Assembly: GCA_963719945.1 (NCBI GenBank)
Contig: CAVRDX010000001.1
Coordinates: 832,001-896,000 of the forward strand
Origin: an uncultured Thermoplasmata archaeon
Lineage (GTDB): Archaea > Thermoplasmatota > Thermoplasmata > UBA10834
Length of the DNA: 64,000 bases
Reading direction: 5' to 3'
Shown here in pieces: positions 10,761 to 20,883 of the stretch (its first letter is position 1; each line of letters opens with the position of its first letter). The notes beneath the pieces were generated by a model. That model did not search any database, had not been told where the DNA came from, and saw only the letters and a program-made list of their open reading frames with translations. The position numbers and the translations under genes are program-made.

Positions 10761-10762
10761 TC

Positions 10763-11755
10763 TCAGAGACGCTCGAGGATCGAGAAATATCGGGTCAATG
10801 AACGATGCACCCATAGAGGATGCGTTTCCACCGTCGCAAATCCGTCTACAGATGAGATCATAGATTCTTCCGGTTTGGCGAGTACCACGCGTGAACCCCG
10901 TTCAATTACTTCTCCGAAGGACGCGACTGATCGGGCAAACAACGAATCGAGGCTTTCCCCGTTGGTGCTTGTGGAACGACCATATGGAGGGTCGGTTGCG
11001 ATACCATCTACAGGACCGACGACATCTCTCAGATGGCCGACATCGCATACGAAGAATTCCGCACTTACGCCCAAATGAGCCATGTTCTCCTTGGCTCCAG
11101 ATATCATGTCCTCTGACAGGTCTGAACCAAGTGCGTTCTGACCAGCTAATGCAGCCTCAGTAACGATAGCGCCCGTCCCGCAGAACGGATCAAGGACAGT
11201 CCCTCCATCTCCGACACGAGTGAGATTGACCATCGCCCTCGCGAATTTCGGATGGACCGAGATGGGATATGTGAAAGGGAGGTATCTGTTCTTGCGCCTC
11301 TCGAACGAGGGACGATCAATCGAGCCAAGCAGCCGTCCCATGTACAATCGATTCGATGAAACGATTCGAAGCTCGGATCGAGGGGAGTGTAAATCGACGC
11401 CCCGGCCCTTGCCGATTATCCCCCCGATCCTGCGGGACAGTTCCTGCAGATCAAGTCCTTCCTTGGGCAGGCCCACCTTGGTCGCCCTCACCCGGATAGG
11501 ACCCTCGACTTCGGTCGCCTCCGCCAATGCATCGATATCCGCAAGGTCAGAAGATCCCTTGAACTCGGATATGTGATGGCATAGCGCGAGCCTATCAACC
11601 AAGCGCTTGGGATCAGCACACGTTTCCAGCACCAGTATGCCGTCATCCTCTGCTATCACTCGAGGAGGATCTGAGTCCATGATCGAGGCAACAGCCTTTG
11701 CCTCTGAACGGGCGAGAGACTCGCATTCCAGGGACAGCTCGAACAGCAGCTTCAC
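10763..11755 (-). CDS. tRNA (guanine-10-N2) methyltransferase, Trm11/TrmG10 type
   Basis: THUMP-like N-terminus; ARAMVNL, LDPFCGTG, IATDPPYGRS. Confidence 0.88.
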   Translation of the reverse strand: MKLLFELSLECESLARSEAKAVASIMDSDPPRVIAEDDGILVLETCADPKRLVDRLALCHHISEFKGSSDLADIDALAEATEVEGPIRVRATKVGLPKEGLDLQELSRRIGGIIGKGRGVDLHSPRSELRIVSSNRLYMGRLLGSIDRPSFERRKNRYLPFTYPISVHPKFARAMVNLTRVGDGGTVLDPFCGTGAIVTEAALAGQNALGSDLSEDMISGAKENMAHLGVSAEFFVCDVGHLRDVVGPVDGIATDPPYGRSTSTNGESLDSLFARSVASFGEVIERGSRVVLAKPEESMISSVDGFATVETHPLWVHRSLTRYFSILERL

Positions 11756-11794
11756 GCATCTGCCAGATGCGCACGTATGCTTTAATCCTTCGAC

Positions 11795-13258
11795 CTAGTC
11801 AGATATCCCGCCCTCTGAGACCATGAACACTGCCTCGGCCTCCGGCAGGTTGGGTGAGTCGATGAGTCTGGCGATCCTCTTGCCGCCTTTGCTCTTGCGC
11901 AGGTATATCCTGAATGTCGCGGTGTGGCCCACAATATGACCGCCTATAGGCCTCGTCGGGTCTCCGAAGAACGCGTCAGGTTTTGCGGACACCTGGTTGG
12001 TGACCGCTATCACCGAGTTGTTCAGATCTCCGAACCTCAGAAGGTCGTGCATGTGCTTGTTCAGCATCTGCTGTCTCTCCGCAAGCGCACCCCTACCTAT
12101 GTATTCCGCGCGGAAATGCGCGGTCAGAGAATCGACTACGAGCAGACGGACAGGGTATTCCTTTGATAGTTCAGTCGCCTTGTCGACCAATAGAGTCTGA
12201 TGGTGGCTGTTGAAGGCCCTCGCGACATGTATCTTCTTCAAGATCTCTTCGGGGTCGAGGTCCTGCGCCTCGGACATCTGGACGATCCTCTCCGGCCTGA
12301 AGGTCTGCTCCGTATCTATTATCATTGTGTGACCATCCAACCCCCCGTCTTCCACGGGCTTCGTGGTGTTCACAGCCAGCTGATGACAGAGTTGAGTATT
12401 GTGAAGCACCGTTGGAAGATTGCCCCCTATGAACGAATGCGTCTTCGGGACGACGAGGTCGTACACATAATCTTCGTGAATGAACGGGCGCACTGCTCTG
12501 ATCTCGTCCCATGAAAGAAGGTCCCGACGCTCGATGAATCCATCATCATCGTAACAGTCCTTGCTCGCTGGAGTCGCGATGAGATCTCCGGGCCTCAGTG
12601 CGGAAGTCGGAGTCCACGCTATATCACTATCCCTCATCGCAAACAACCTATGGGGACCCGTGAGTTCCAGCACTCGCCCGCCCTGGGTGACTACCTCGAA
12701 CATGCGGGATACGCGTTCGCGATATATCGCCGCAGCGGGCACCTTCGCCAACGCGCCTTCAGACAGGCTGGGCACGCGGATGTCGTCCAGCGACGCCATC
12801 TCGCCGGAATCGAACGGCCTCGATCTATCGCTCGCGTAGCGTTCGTACATCCTAGCAATCGATTCGACACGCACAGTGTCCGAGCAGGAGTATACCAGCT
12901 CGGTCTGGCCTGAGACGCACTTGCCTGATCCGAACTCGCCGAAGAACTCTGTGATGGCGCGACTCTCGAACCCGCCACCCATCAGCTCGTCCAATGCCTT
13001 CGAGTTCGAGCCTAGCTTGGAGATGCTCTTCCTGCGCTCGAGGAGGATGTCCCCTGTCTCGAATCCGCCCACATCGGCAGCTTTCTTGGCGGCCGCGATT
13101 ATCTTTGCGGCGGTGGACTCCCCTATCTCGGCGACCTCTGCCAGGTTCTTAGGTGAATCTACGGCAATCGTCATGACATCTGTATAGCCCGCCTCTCTGA
13201 GCTTCTCAAAGATCGCTGGGCCGACACCAGGAAGCTTTTCGATATCCTCCTCGGACAT
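11795..13258 (-). CDS. radA: DNA repair and recombination protein RadA, intein-containing
   Basis: HhH LPGVG; GEFGSGK|intein|[10 protein letters not shown]; [11 protein letters not shown]; [15 protein letters not shown]; LIDSP.LPE. Confidence 0.97.
   Translation of the reverse strand: MSEEDIEKLPGVGPAIFEKLREAGYTDVMTIAVDSPKNLAEVAEIGESTAAKIIAAAKKAADVGGFETGDILLERRKSISKLGSNSKALDELMGGGFESRAITEFFGEFGSGKCVSGQTELVYSCSDTVRVESIARMYERYASDRSRPFDSGEMASLDDIRVPSLSEGALAKVPAAAIYRERVSRMFEVVTQGGRVLELTGPHRLFAMRDSDIAWTPTSALRPGDLIATPASKDCYDDDGFIERRDLLSWDEIRAVRPFIHEDYVYDLVVPKTHSFIGGNLPTVLHNTQLCHQLAVNTTKPVEDGGLDGHTMIIDTEQTFRPERIVQMSEAQDLDPEEILKKIHVARAFNSHHQTLLVDKATELSKEYPVRLLVVDSLTAHFRAEYIGRGALAERQQMLNKHMHDLLRFGDLNNSVIAVTNQVSAKPDAFFGDPTRPIGGHIVGHTATFRIYLRKSKGGKRIARLIDSPNLPEAEAVFMVSEGGISD
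12398..12919 (-). mobile_element. 174-aa mini-intein in the RadA Walker A motif, no homing endonuclease
   Basis: Starts CVSGQT, block B LTGPHRL, block F VYDLVV..THSF, ends VLHN followed by Thr+1; removal restores GSGKT. Confidence 0.95.
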
Positions 13259-13430
13259 AGTGATCAAACACCTTCTGAATCAAAACCAGCTGGACTGTTT
13301 ATAAGCATATTGATTGGAGGTATGCGAAAATGGTCGCATACCATGTGCCGTGGGTCGGTCCAGTCATCTTGAATACGTTAGAAATGGTCACCGAAAGGTA
13401 TTAAACCAGATTCGTTCTTCGAGGGAAAGA

Positions 13431-14177
13431 ATGGCCAAGAAGAGGAAGAAAGAGGAGAAAGAGGAATACGAGTTCAAGCCTCCTACATTCGATGAGAAGG
13501 AGTTCCTGCAGAAGGAACTCCGAGACACGAGGACCGTGCTGTTCACTATCGGATATGGCGCGCTGGCCGGACTCATCGCAGGACTGATATCCGACTTCAA
13601 CCAGGATCTCGTGTTCATCGGTTTGATCATAGTCATAGCCGGTCTGGTCTCCCTCAAATACTTCTACTCGGTGATCAAGGTAGATACATCCCAGTTCCAG
13701 AAGAAGAACTGGGCGGGCAATGTTGTGTGGTTCTTCTTCACGTTCCTGGCCATATGGGTGCTACTATTCAATTTTCCGTTCGCTGACCATGCAAACCCTT
13801 CGGTCAGGGATGTGGTCGTCTGGGTCTATGACGGGGACAGCTACACTGCGGTCGACTACAAATATGTGGACTCGTCCGGAAGCTATGAATGGGTACCAAG
13901 GGACGATGTCATACTCAGCACCCTTGTCCATGCATCATCCAACTACACGGTCAATATAACCGCCAGGATAGCTGATAATGGCAATCTAGCATCGGCGAGG
14001 ATCGTCATCGGCAGCGGCACATACGTTCCGATGACCTACGAAGGGAATCACAGATATGGGTATCAGATAGATGGTGCCGACCTTCCTTCTGGCGGGCTGT
14101 CATTCTCGATCGAGGCAATTGACGAAGTCGATAACATCACCATCTTCGAGCCTGTCTCTGCGATACCTGTGGTCTGA
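13431..14177 (+). CDS. Membrane protein with an archaeal EMC6-like three-TM domain and a C-terminal beta domain
   Basis: Three TM helices ending KKNWAGNVVWFFFTFLAIWVLLFN; family resemblance judged from memory. Confidence 0.5.
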   Translation: MAKKRKKEEKEEYEFKPPTFDEKEFLQKELRDTRTVLFTIGYGALAGLIAGLISDFNQDLVFIGLIIVIAGLVSLKYFYSVIKVDTSQFQKKNWAGNVVWFFFTFLAIWVLLFNFPFADHANPSVRDVVVWVYDGDSYTAVDYKYVDSSGSYEWVPRDDVILSTLVHASSNYTVNITARIADNGNLASARIVIGSGTYVPMTYEGNHRYGYQIDGADLPSGGLSFSIEAIDEVDNITIFEPVSAIPVV

Positions 14178-14200
14178 TGAACCCACGATGGGAACACTCA

Positions 14201-15535
14201 TCATTCATCTCTTTCCCAGGGCATGCGATCGTCAAAGTGTTGCGTCAGCGCCGCCATATAATCTTTTGATGCGAGCGTCTTGCCGCTGACGACCGAGATA
14301 TCATCCAGCTTCTTGACGTCCTTGCCCAGCCTCAGGTTCCTTATATTGCTCCGAAGGATGGCATCGGCGCGGGTGAACTCGCGCTTCACATGAACGAACC
14401 ATCTGCCGTCTTCGATATACGGCTCAGAGAGTCCGCTCGAGCGCCACTTCTCCAGAAACTCGGAAGCGTTCTCAGAATACTCCGGCGGCCCTTTGTGTAC
14501 CCTCATATCCTGCAGCCTGCTCGACGAGAGCTCGATGAGAAGATCCACTCTACTATCCTGGACGAAGACTGATGCCTTCTCCACCTCGAAATCGTTCCTC
14601 TTGAGCAATGATTCTGCAGCGACCAGCGATTTCCTCAACTGAGGGTACAGGACATCGTCGATGAGGTCCAGTTTGGGCATGCTGATGGCCACCATCTCGT
14701 CTAATCTCTTCCCTGCCACCTTCATAAGCCTATCGGATCGCCAGGTCTTCCGCTCAGCGGGATAGAAGAATCTTGCAGAGGGATGGCCCATGTACTCCCT
14801 GCTGGCCCTGACGAAGCGGACCAGAGACTCGAGCGAGACCGCAGATGCCACGTTCCTGCCATGGTCGACCGGGTCAATGAACGTCAAAGGCTCCCTGAAG
14901 GGTTCCCCTGAGTGTTCAGACAACTCGATATGCTGTCCCGAGGTCCATCCCGTCGCCGACTCGAGCACCTCACGGAAGCCTCCGAAGCGAATGATCAGCA
15001 GTTCGCACAGATAGCCTGAGAAGCCCTGGACCTTCGCTTCGGCACCGTAGCACTCTATCCCTTTCATGAACCGCTTCAGAAGGCGGACCTGGTCGGTCTG
15101 CTCCTTGGACAGATTGTCATTTATGAACCTCGTATGGAATGGCGTGCGGTCGACCGCGCTCATCTTCATCCTGGTGTCGCGTATCTTGAATGCTGGAACG
15201 AGGTCCACCTGGAACCCCATGAAATGCCCTCGCACGTAAGGGTGCTGCGCATAGTGCTCCCTCCCGGTGATGACATTCCTCGCGATCTCCAGCCCCTTCT
15301 CCTTGAGCGTCTCCAACGGGGTGCTCTCCGGGAACAGCATGAACAGGTCGATGTCAGGGTCCTTCAGATGGGTCCCCTTGGCCACAGAGCCTACGAGCAT
15401 GACCTCGATGTGCGCGTGTCTTCTACGCGCCTCGTTCAGAACCATCTCCGTAAGCTCGCTGGCGGCATCATGTACCTTGCGGTCCTGGACCGCAGTGGGC
15501 CTGCACTTCGTAAGGATCTCCGTCTCGATGGACAT
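14201..15535 (-). CDS. cca: CCA-adding enzyme (archaeal class I)
   Basis: VGSVAKGT.L...DIDLF, YAQHPY, VDLVP, SAVDRTPFHT, YGAE....GFSGYLCEL, DPVD..RNVASA. Confidence 0.96.
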   Translation of the reverse strand: MSIETEILTKCRPTAVQDRKVHDAASELTEMVLNEARRRHAHIEVMLVGSVAKGTHLKDPDIDLFMLFPESTPLETLKEKGLEIARNVITGREHYAQHPYVRGHFMGFQVDLVPAFKIRDTRMKMSAVDRTPFHTRFINDNLSKEQTDQVRLLKRFMKGIECYGAEAKVQGFSGYLCELLIIRFGGFREVLESATGWTSGQHIELSEHSGEPFREPLTFIDPVDHGRNVASAVSLESLVRFVRASREYMGHPSARFFYPAERKTWRSDRLMKVAGKRLDEMVAISMPKLDLIDDVLYPQLRKSLVAAESLLKRNDFEVEKASVFVQDSRVDLLIELSSSRLQDMRVHKGPPEYSENASEFLEKWRSSGLSEPYIEDGRWFVHVKREFTRADAILRSNIRNLRLGKDVKKLDDISVVSGKTLASKDYMAALTQHFDDRMPWERDE

Positions 15536-15659
15536 TGCCCAGTTATTGGCCCATGAGATAATAAAGAGAGACGGGCGACCCCGATTGAAAATTCTTTAAC
15601 GAATATCGGACCTGCATGAATCATGCACATTCGTGCCCTATCGTTTTGTCACAAAATCA

Positions 15660-15757
15660 GGATGGAAAGGAAGGATGGTGTCTTTCGGTCGGTGTGGTGG
15701 GGATTGTCAAAACTTCTTGCTTAGGAGGAAAGTTGAGCCACCAACCTAAGACACCGA
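15660..15757 (-). ncRNA. Candidate structured small RNA of unknown family
   Basis: Nested stems 15677-84/15748-55, 15687-94/15739-46 and 15711-15/15730-34; TATATA about 25 nt upstream and a pyrimidine tract downstream on the minus strand. Confidence 0.45.
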
Positions 15758-15848
15758 AAATAGCCTAGTCGAGACGGTATATATGAGCGTTTCTGCCATA
15801 CTTACCCAGATAGGCCGGGATTAGTATCGAAAGGATGTATTTCGTATG

Positions 15849-16205
15849 TCAGAGGCCGTCCCTGATAGTGGACGACTGGATATTTGAGGCGGATATCGAA
15901 TCCTCGAGTTCCTTCAGGTGGATTTCATCGATCTCTGATACGCTTACGAGTTCCGTATTCGTCCCTCCGAGATACAACACTACGACGATTCTTCCGTTCG
16001 AATATAGTTCAGCGAATCCGAAATCGGAAGCCGGGGCCCACATGTTCCTCCTAAAGGACAGCGAGCATGCTGACGCTATGCTTTCGAACAGAGGGACCAA
16101 CTCCCTCGGTGCCTCGTCGGTGCGGATGATCGCCAAAGTCATCGCCGATTTCATGCAATGAGCGCTTATCTCGGCGATTTCGTGGTCCGCCAATTTGGCT
16201 GGCAT
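15849..16205 (-). CDS. Hypothetical protein (118 aa)
   Basis: ORF fills an intergenic gap; globular-like composition; no motif recognised. Confidence 0.5.
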   Translation of the reverse strand: MPAKLADHEIAEISAHCMKSAMTLAIIRTDEAPRELVPLFESIASACSLSFRRNMWAPASDFGFAELYSNGRIVVVLYLGGTNTELVSVSEIDEIHLKELEDSISASNIQSSTIRDGL

Positions 16206-16333
16206 CAGCCGCGCCTATCCCGCGGATGTTAGATAATCCTTCCGCAGGAAGGGCATACACAGATTCTGGACGATGTCTCAAGATTTAATATCCCAAACCG
16301 CAATCACGCGATTCAAGGGGATGGGGTCACACA

Positions 16334-16471
16334 ATGTGTTCTGATAGAGATTGCCAGATATTCCGAGGGATGATCATCGCATGCGACCTGTGCATGAAGA
16401 ACGACAAGAACGGTTCCCAGAATGCCGTCGCCGGCATTCCGGATGAGAGGACAAGCGCTCGGATGCTTTGA
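16334..16471 (+). CDS. Putative 45-aa Cys-rich microprotein
   Basis: MCSDRDCQIFRGMIIACDLCMKNDK...; GGGGT upstream; stop codon abuts the stop of the convergent gene. Confidence 0.4.
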   Translation: MCSDRDCQIFRGMIIACDLCMKNDKNGSQNAVAGIPDERTSARML

Positions 16472-17284
16472 TCACTTCTCAGGCGACAGCCTTATCCTGT
16501 CGCTGACCTCGATGCCGTCCTTCTCGAACTCGAGGCACATGAAATCGCGGGCGGCGACCGTCCTGACGCCAGAGCTGTTCTCGATCCATTTGGCCTGTGT
16601 CTCCGGGTTCTCCTGTATCACGCGCATGCCGAAGTGCGTGATGACCGCCATCTCAGGACGTATCTTCTCGATGAGGTATCCAGCATCCTCGGTGCTCAGG
16701 TGGTGCGGTATCCTCTGCCCGAGCGGGCGCGTGACGCACGCTATGAGTATCCTGCACTTCTTATGGGCCTTGATGACCTGCTCCAGGAGCTGCGTGTCCG
16801 ATATGTATGACACGATACCGCCGGAGGTCTGTATCCTGAACCCCACAGAGCTCGTGTCGGAATGAGCCGACGGGGTCGCCCATACCTCGAACGGTTTCAG
16901 TGTCATCTTGGAGAACGGCTCCATTATCTTGACATGCTTTGGCTTGGCCAGATGATACTTGGATATCGCAGGGCCAAAACCGCCGTCGCCTTCGATGACG
17001 CTCCTGCTGCCGATCAGTATGCCCTGCTTCCTGGTCCCGCCCTCGGTCATCGCCTCGATGAGTATCTCCGCGTCCATGTAATGGTCTGGGTGGCAATGGG
17101 ATACGAGGATGGCATGGGTCTTCATAGGGTCTAGCCCTATCGAACGCATTTGCACCAGGGCTCCAGGACCCGGATCGACATGCAGGTTCCTCTCGTCCTC
17201 TATATATATGCCGCCCGTCGCCCTGGCCTGATAAATCGTAGCGAACCGTCCTCCGCCAGTCCCCAGAAAAGTGATACGTACCAT
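16472..17284 (-). CDS. MBL-fold metallohydrolase
   Basis: ITFLGTGGGRF, HVDPGPG, SHCHPDH, SDT, ITHFG. Confidence 0.9.
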   Translation of the reverse strand: MVRITFLGTGGGRFATIYQARATGGIYIEDERNLHVDPGPGALVQMRSIGLDPMKTHAILVSHCHPDHYMDAEILIEAMTEGGTRKQGILIGSRSVIEGDGGFGPAISKYHLAKPKHVKIMEPFSKMTLKPFEVWATPSAHSDTSSVGFRIQTSGGIVSYISDTQLLEQVIKAHKKCRILIACVTRPLGQRIPHHLSTEDAGYLIEKIRPEMAVITHFGMRVIQENPETQAKWIENSSGVRTVAARDFMCLEFEKDGIEVSDRIRLSPEK

Positions 17285-17344
17285 GACTGACAAACCTTAA
17301 TGCTTGGTCCCTTTAATACCCTTCCGCAGCCAGAGGTGAGCCAT

Positions 17345-18634
17345 CTGTCGACCCTGATCAAGAACGGAATCGTCGTGACCCAGAATGCGAGCAGGCAGAT
17401 ACTGAGAGGAGATGTTCTCATCGACGGGGACAGAATAGTCCAGGTGGGAAAGGTGGACCGAAAGGCAGATGACATCCTGGACGCCAGCGGATGCATCGTT
17501 ATGCCCGGGCTCATCAACTGTCATTCGCATGTCTCGATGGCGCTCATGCGCAGCGTAGCGGACGATGTGAAGCTAGAGGGGTTCCTTGCGCGCACATTCG
17601 CAGTAGACTCCAAACGCACGGCGGAAGACGTCGGCATCGGAGCGAGTCTGGGATGCCTCGAGATGGCGAGGACCGGCACCACGACTTTCCTGGACATATA
17701 CTATCACCAGGATGTAATTGCGAAGAGCGTCGAAGAGGTCGGGATAAGAGGATATCTGGGATGGGCTGTCCTGGACGAGCAGTTCACCACGCAGGATGGT
17801 GTGCCGGTCGAGAACTGCGAGAAGTTCATACGAGGCCATGAGGGAAGGAAGCTCATCACCCCAGTGGTAGCGCCTCAGGGCGTCTATGTCTGCTCAGACG
17901 AGACGCTAATGAAATCAAAGGAGCTCGCAGCCAGGACCAAGACCTTCTGTCACTTTCACTTGTCCGAGACGAGGTACGAGGTGTACGAGTATCAGAAGGT
18001 CAAGGGGAAGAGACCATGCGATCATCTCGCAGACATGGGCTTCTTCTCGAAGGGGGATGTCGCCGCCCACGGAGTCTGGCTCACGATCAACGAGATAAGG
18101 AAGCTGGCCAAGGCCGGAGTGGCAGTCGCCCATTGCCCCACATCCAACATGAAGCTCGCGAGCGGGGGAGTCGCACCCCTTCCAGAGATGTTCGAGAACG
18201 GCGTCACCGTCGCCTTGGGCACGGACGGATGCTCGTCAAACAACGGGCTCGACATGTTCCTGGAGATGAAGTTCGCATCCCTCATGCACAAGGCGCACAA
18301 ATGGGATGCGTCCGTGCTGCCTGCTCAGAAGGTCCTCGATCTCTCGACCATAGACGCGGCCAAGGCATTGGGCGCGGAGAAGGATCTTGGCTCGATCGAA
18401 CCTGGAAAGAAGGCGGACATCGTCATAATCGACTGCGACACTCCAGGCATGACGCCCACCACTCTAGACAACGCTGTCGCGAACCTCGCCTACGCATCTG
18501 CCGGCTCGGCGGTCAGGGATACGATAGTAGATGGAAGATTTGTGGTGCTCAACCATGAGGTCGTGACGGTCGACGAGAAGAAGGTGCTTCAGAGCGCCCG
18601 AGAGGCGGCAGAGGACCTGCTCTCAAAGTGTTGA
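17345..18634 (+). CDS. Amidohydrolase, MTA/SAH or 5'-deoxyadenosine deaminase family
   Basis: PGLINCHSH, HLSET, AAHGVW, HCPTSNMKLASG, LGTDG..SNN, GSIEPGKKAD; probable CTG start after GAGGTGA. Confidence 0.9.
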   Translation: MSTLIKNGIVVTQNASRQILRGDVLIDGDRIVQVGKVDRKADDILDASGCIVMPGLINCHSHVSMALMRSVADDVKLEGFLARTFAVDSKRTAEDVGIGASLGCLEMARTGTTTFLDIYYHQDVIAKSVEEVGIRGYLGWAVLDEQFTTQDGVPVENCEKFIRGHEGRKLITPVVAPQGVYVCSDETLMKSKELAARTKTFCHFHLSETRYEVYEYQKVKGKRPCDHLADMGFFSKGDVAAHGVWLTINEIRKLAKAGVAVAHCPTSNMKLASGGVAPLPEMFENGVTVALGTDGCSSNNGLDMFLEMKFASLMHKAHKWDASVLPAQKVLDLSTIDAAKALGAEKDLGSIEPGKKADIVIIDCDTPGMTPTTLDNAVANLAYASAGSAVRDTIVDGRFVVLNHEVVTVDEKKVLQSAREAAEDLLSKC

Positions 18635-18690
18635 AATGGATAGAAAGCAAGGGGTTTAGCGGAAAGGGTTTGACTCCTCACCAAGAAGAC

Positions 18691-19812
18691 CTATTCGTCG
18701 TCAACCGCCTTCTGGCCGACCCTTGCCATCTTGTCCTTCTTGGCGATATCAGCGATCTTCTCGGCATCGATCTTCTCCTGGATCAGAACATCCTCGATGG
18801 CTTTCATGTCCCTTCGGAGTTCCTCCGGCTTCGGGATAGGACCGAGGACGTCGTCGGCCTTGCCTACCGATCGCTCAATGTCTGCGATGTTCGAGACCTC
18901 ACGCTGCGGGGTGAGACGACCTACGCCCAGGTACTCGGAAACACCATCCATAAGTCTCGTCATCTCGAACGGGAAGATGATCTTGGTCGCCTGTCCGTTG
19001 CTCAGATGCTTGAGGGCCTCAAGGGACAGCACGGTCAATGCTTTCGAGTCGAGCGGGGCTGCACCGACGGATATCACCCTCAGTTTCTGGGCCTCACCCT
19101 GAGCCTCCAGTATTATCGCTAGCCTGGCGCCTTCGGCCTCGAGTATCCTCGACTGCCTCAGGCCTTCGGCCTGCAATATGCGGGATTGCTTGTCACCCTC
19201 GGCGTTGAGGATAGAGGCGCGCTTCTGGCCGTCCGCCTTCAGGATCGCCGCCCGCCTCAACCTCTCCGCGGATGTCTGCTCCTCCATCGCATCCTTGACC
19301 TTGCCTGCGGGGTCGACCTCTCTGATCTCAACCGCCTCGACCTTCACGCCCCACTTATCAGTGGCCTCGTCCAGAACGTCCCTCAGGTGAGTATTGATCC
19401 TCTCCCTGTTGGAGAGTATCTCATCCAGCTCCATGTCACCGATGACGGATCTAAGGGTTGTCTGCGCGAGGTAGATGGTCGCTGTGCGATAGTTAGTGAC
19501 CTCGAAGAACGCCTTCTTCGGGTCGATGACCTTGATGTAGATGATTGCATCGACGTTCGTAGGCGAGTTGTCCTTTGTTATGACCTCCTGCCTCGGGACG
19601 TCGAGCACCTGGGTCCTCAGGTCGATCTTGATGACCTCGTTTATCAACGGACGGACCCAATTGAAACCCTGGTCCAGTATCTTCATGTACCTACCCAGGC
19701 TCATGTAGATACCCTGCTCGTACGGTCTGATGATCTTGATCCCGTTCGTCAATATGACCAGGGCTACGATGACCATCAGTATGACGAATGCTATGATTGT
19801 CCCTACTGCCAT
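18691..19812 (-). CDS. SPFH/band-7 (stomatin/QmcA-like) membrane protein
   Basis: N-terminal TM; QEVITKDN, AQTTLRSVIG.MELD, WGVKV..VEI; coiled AEG repeats. Confidence 0.93.
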   Translation of the reverse strand: MAVGTIIAFVILMVIVALVILTNGIKIIRPYEQGIYMSLGRYMKILDQGFNWVRPLINEVIKIDLRTQVLDVPRQEVITKDNSPTNVDAIIYIKVIDPKKAFFEVTNYRTATIYLAQTTLRSVIGDMELDEILSNRERINTHLRDVLDEATDKWGVKVEAVEIREVDPAGKVKDAMEEQTSAERLRRAAILKADGQKRASILNAEGDKQSRILQAEGLRQSRILEAEGARLAIILEAQGEAQKLRVISVGAAPLDSKALTVLSLEALKHLSNGQATKIIFPFEMTRLMDGVSEYLGVGRLTPQREVSNIADIERSVGKADDVLGPIPKPEELRRDMKAIEDVLIQEKIDAEKIADIAKKDKMARVGQKAVDDE

Positions 19813-19854
19813 TCCAAATCCTCCTCCAATATCGATATTACATATTCAGAAGGC

Positions 19855-20325
19855 TCACTTAGCCTTCTCGACTACCTCGGGCAGCTCCTCCACTACCACA
19901 TGGACGCCCATGCTGTCCCGAACGATGACCTTCTTCCCAACAGGGATGACCTTCGGCGACGTGGCGCTCCAAGTGTCGTTGGCCACGCGCACCTTGCCCT
20001 TCAACGAATCCGGAAGCACCTCCCTCTCAACGATGCCCACCTTACCGATCAGCGATGTCGCGACGGTGGTCTCAGGGGGTCCGGGTGGGGCCAGGTTCTG
20101 GTAGAGCTTGATCGTGACCAGTGTCATCGGCACCAACACCACGAGTGCCAGGACCGGTGCGTACCAGGTGACCAGCCAATCGGGATACAGCAATCCCACG
20201 CCACCTAGGACGACGAGTACCGTCGCCGGCACGATTATGAATGACCCTGGCGACATTGCCTCTGCCAAGAGCATGAAGATTCCCACGACGAGAATTACCA
20301 GAGCCAATTCGAATTCGATGGCCAT
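19855..20325 (-). CDS. NfeD-like membrane protein (C-terminal OB fold), SPFH partner
   Basis: Three TMs; LIGKVGIV, GKVRV...TWSA; directly upstream of the SPFH gene. Confidence 0.88.
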   Translation of the reverse strand: MAIEFELALVILVVGIFMLLAEAMSPGSFIIVPATVLVVLGGVGLLYPDWLVTWYAPVLALVVLVPMTLVTIKLYQNLAPPGPPETTVATSLIGKVGIVEREVLPDSLKGKVRVANDTWSATSPKVIPVGKKVIVRDSMGVHVVVEELPEVVEKAK

Positions 20326-20422
20326 ATTCAACAACACTTCATTGTGCCTATATATTGTTTATGTAGGAAAACCAGAACGGCACTTCCGCTGAGATCAAAC
20401 GATTTCGAGAGGGTTCACACCA

Positions 20423-20800
20423 TCACCTAAGTCTCATCCTGGCGACATGGTAGCACCAGAGGCCGTGTCTCCTAAGCGCGTCATTAGTGTTCTCGGGTGT
20501 GACTCTCTGAGGCTCCGTCCTGTATTTCAGGACGTCCTCGATGGGATAGCCGATGTAATCCGAGAGCTTCAGAAGGCGCTCGTAAGGGAACGGCTGCTCA
20601 CCCACGAGTATCTGGCGCACGCTCCAGCCGGGGTGTATCCTCGAGCGGTACCCCATCTCTCTGGCGAGTCGGTTGATGCTTCCAGCCTTCTCGATCCCAG
20701 TCTTGATTAAAAACACTCGGAACGACGATGCTATCCAAACGCGCGCATCGTTGGCCTGAGCCCTAATGTGTCTACCGCCATATACGTCCGCGGGACCCAT
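20423..20800 (-). CDS. Hypothetical protein with Cro/XRE-like HTH
   Basis: AGSINRLAREMGY...SVRQIL.G...FPYERLLKLSDYIG. Confidence 0.55.
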   Translation of the reverse strand: MGPADVYGGRHIRAQANDARVWIASSFRVFLIKTGIEKAGSINRLAREMGYRSRIHPGWSVRQILVGEQPFPYERLLKLSDYIGYPIEDVLKYRTEPQRVTPENTNDALRRHGLWCYHVARMRLR

Positions 20801-20840
20801 GTGAGGGCACTATTGCAATCATTCATTATATATCTCTGCC

Positions 20841-20883
20841 TGAGATGTACATCACACTCGCGGTACGTACCAATTTATTTGGT
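20841..20883. promoter_or_regulatory. Cluster of palindromes in a divergent promoter region
   Basis: TGAGATGTACATCACA (20841-56), GGTACGTACC (20862-71), ACCAA-N5-TTGGT (20869-83) next to TTATATA. Confidence 0.4.

Noticed and set aside
15725-15734. GAGGAAAGT resembling the RNase P RNA CR-I motif
   Set aside because: Not followed by CC, no CR-V (ACAGAA...GCTTA) partner nearby, and the region is too short.
19186-20208. 340-aa plus-strand ORF
   Set aside because: Antisense shadow of the SPFH and NfeD genes, explained by codon bias.
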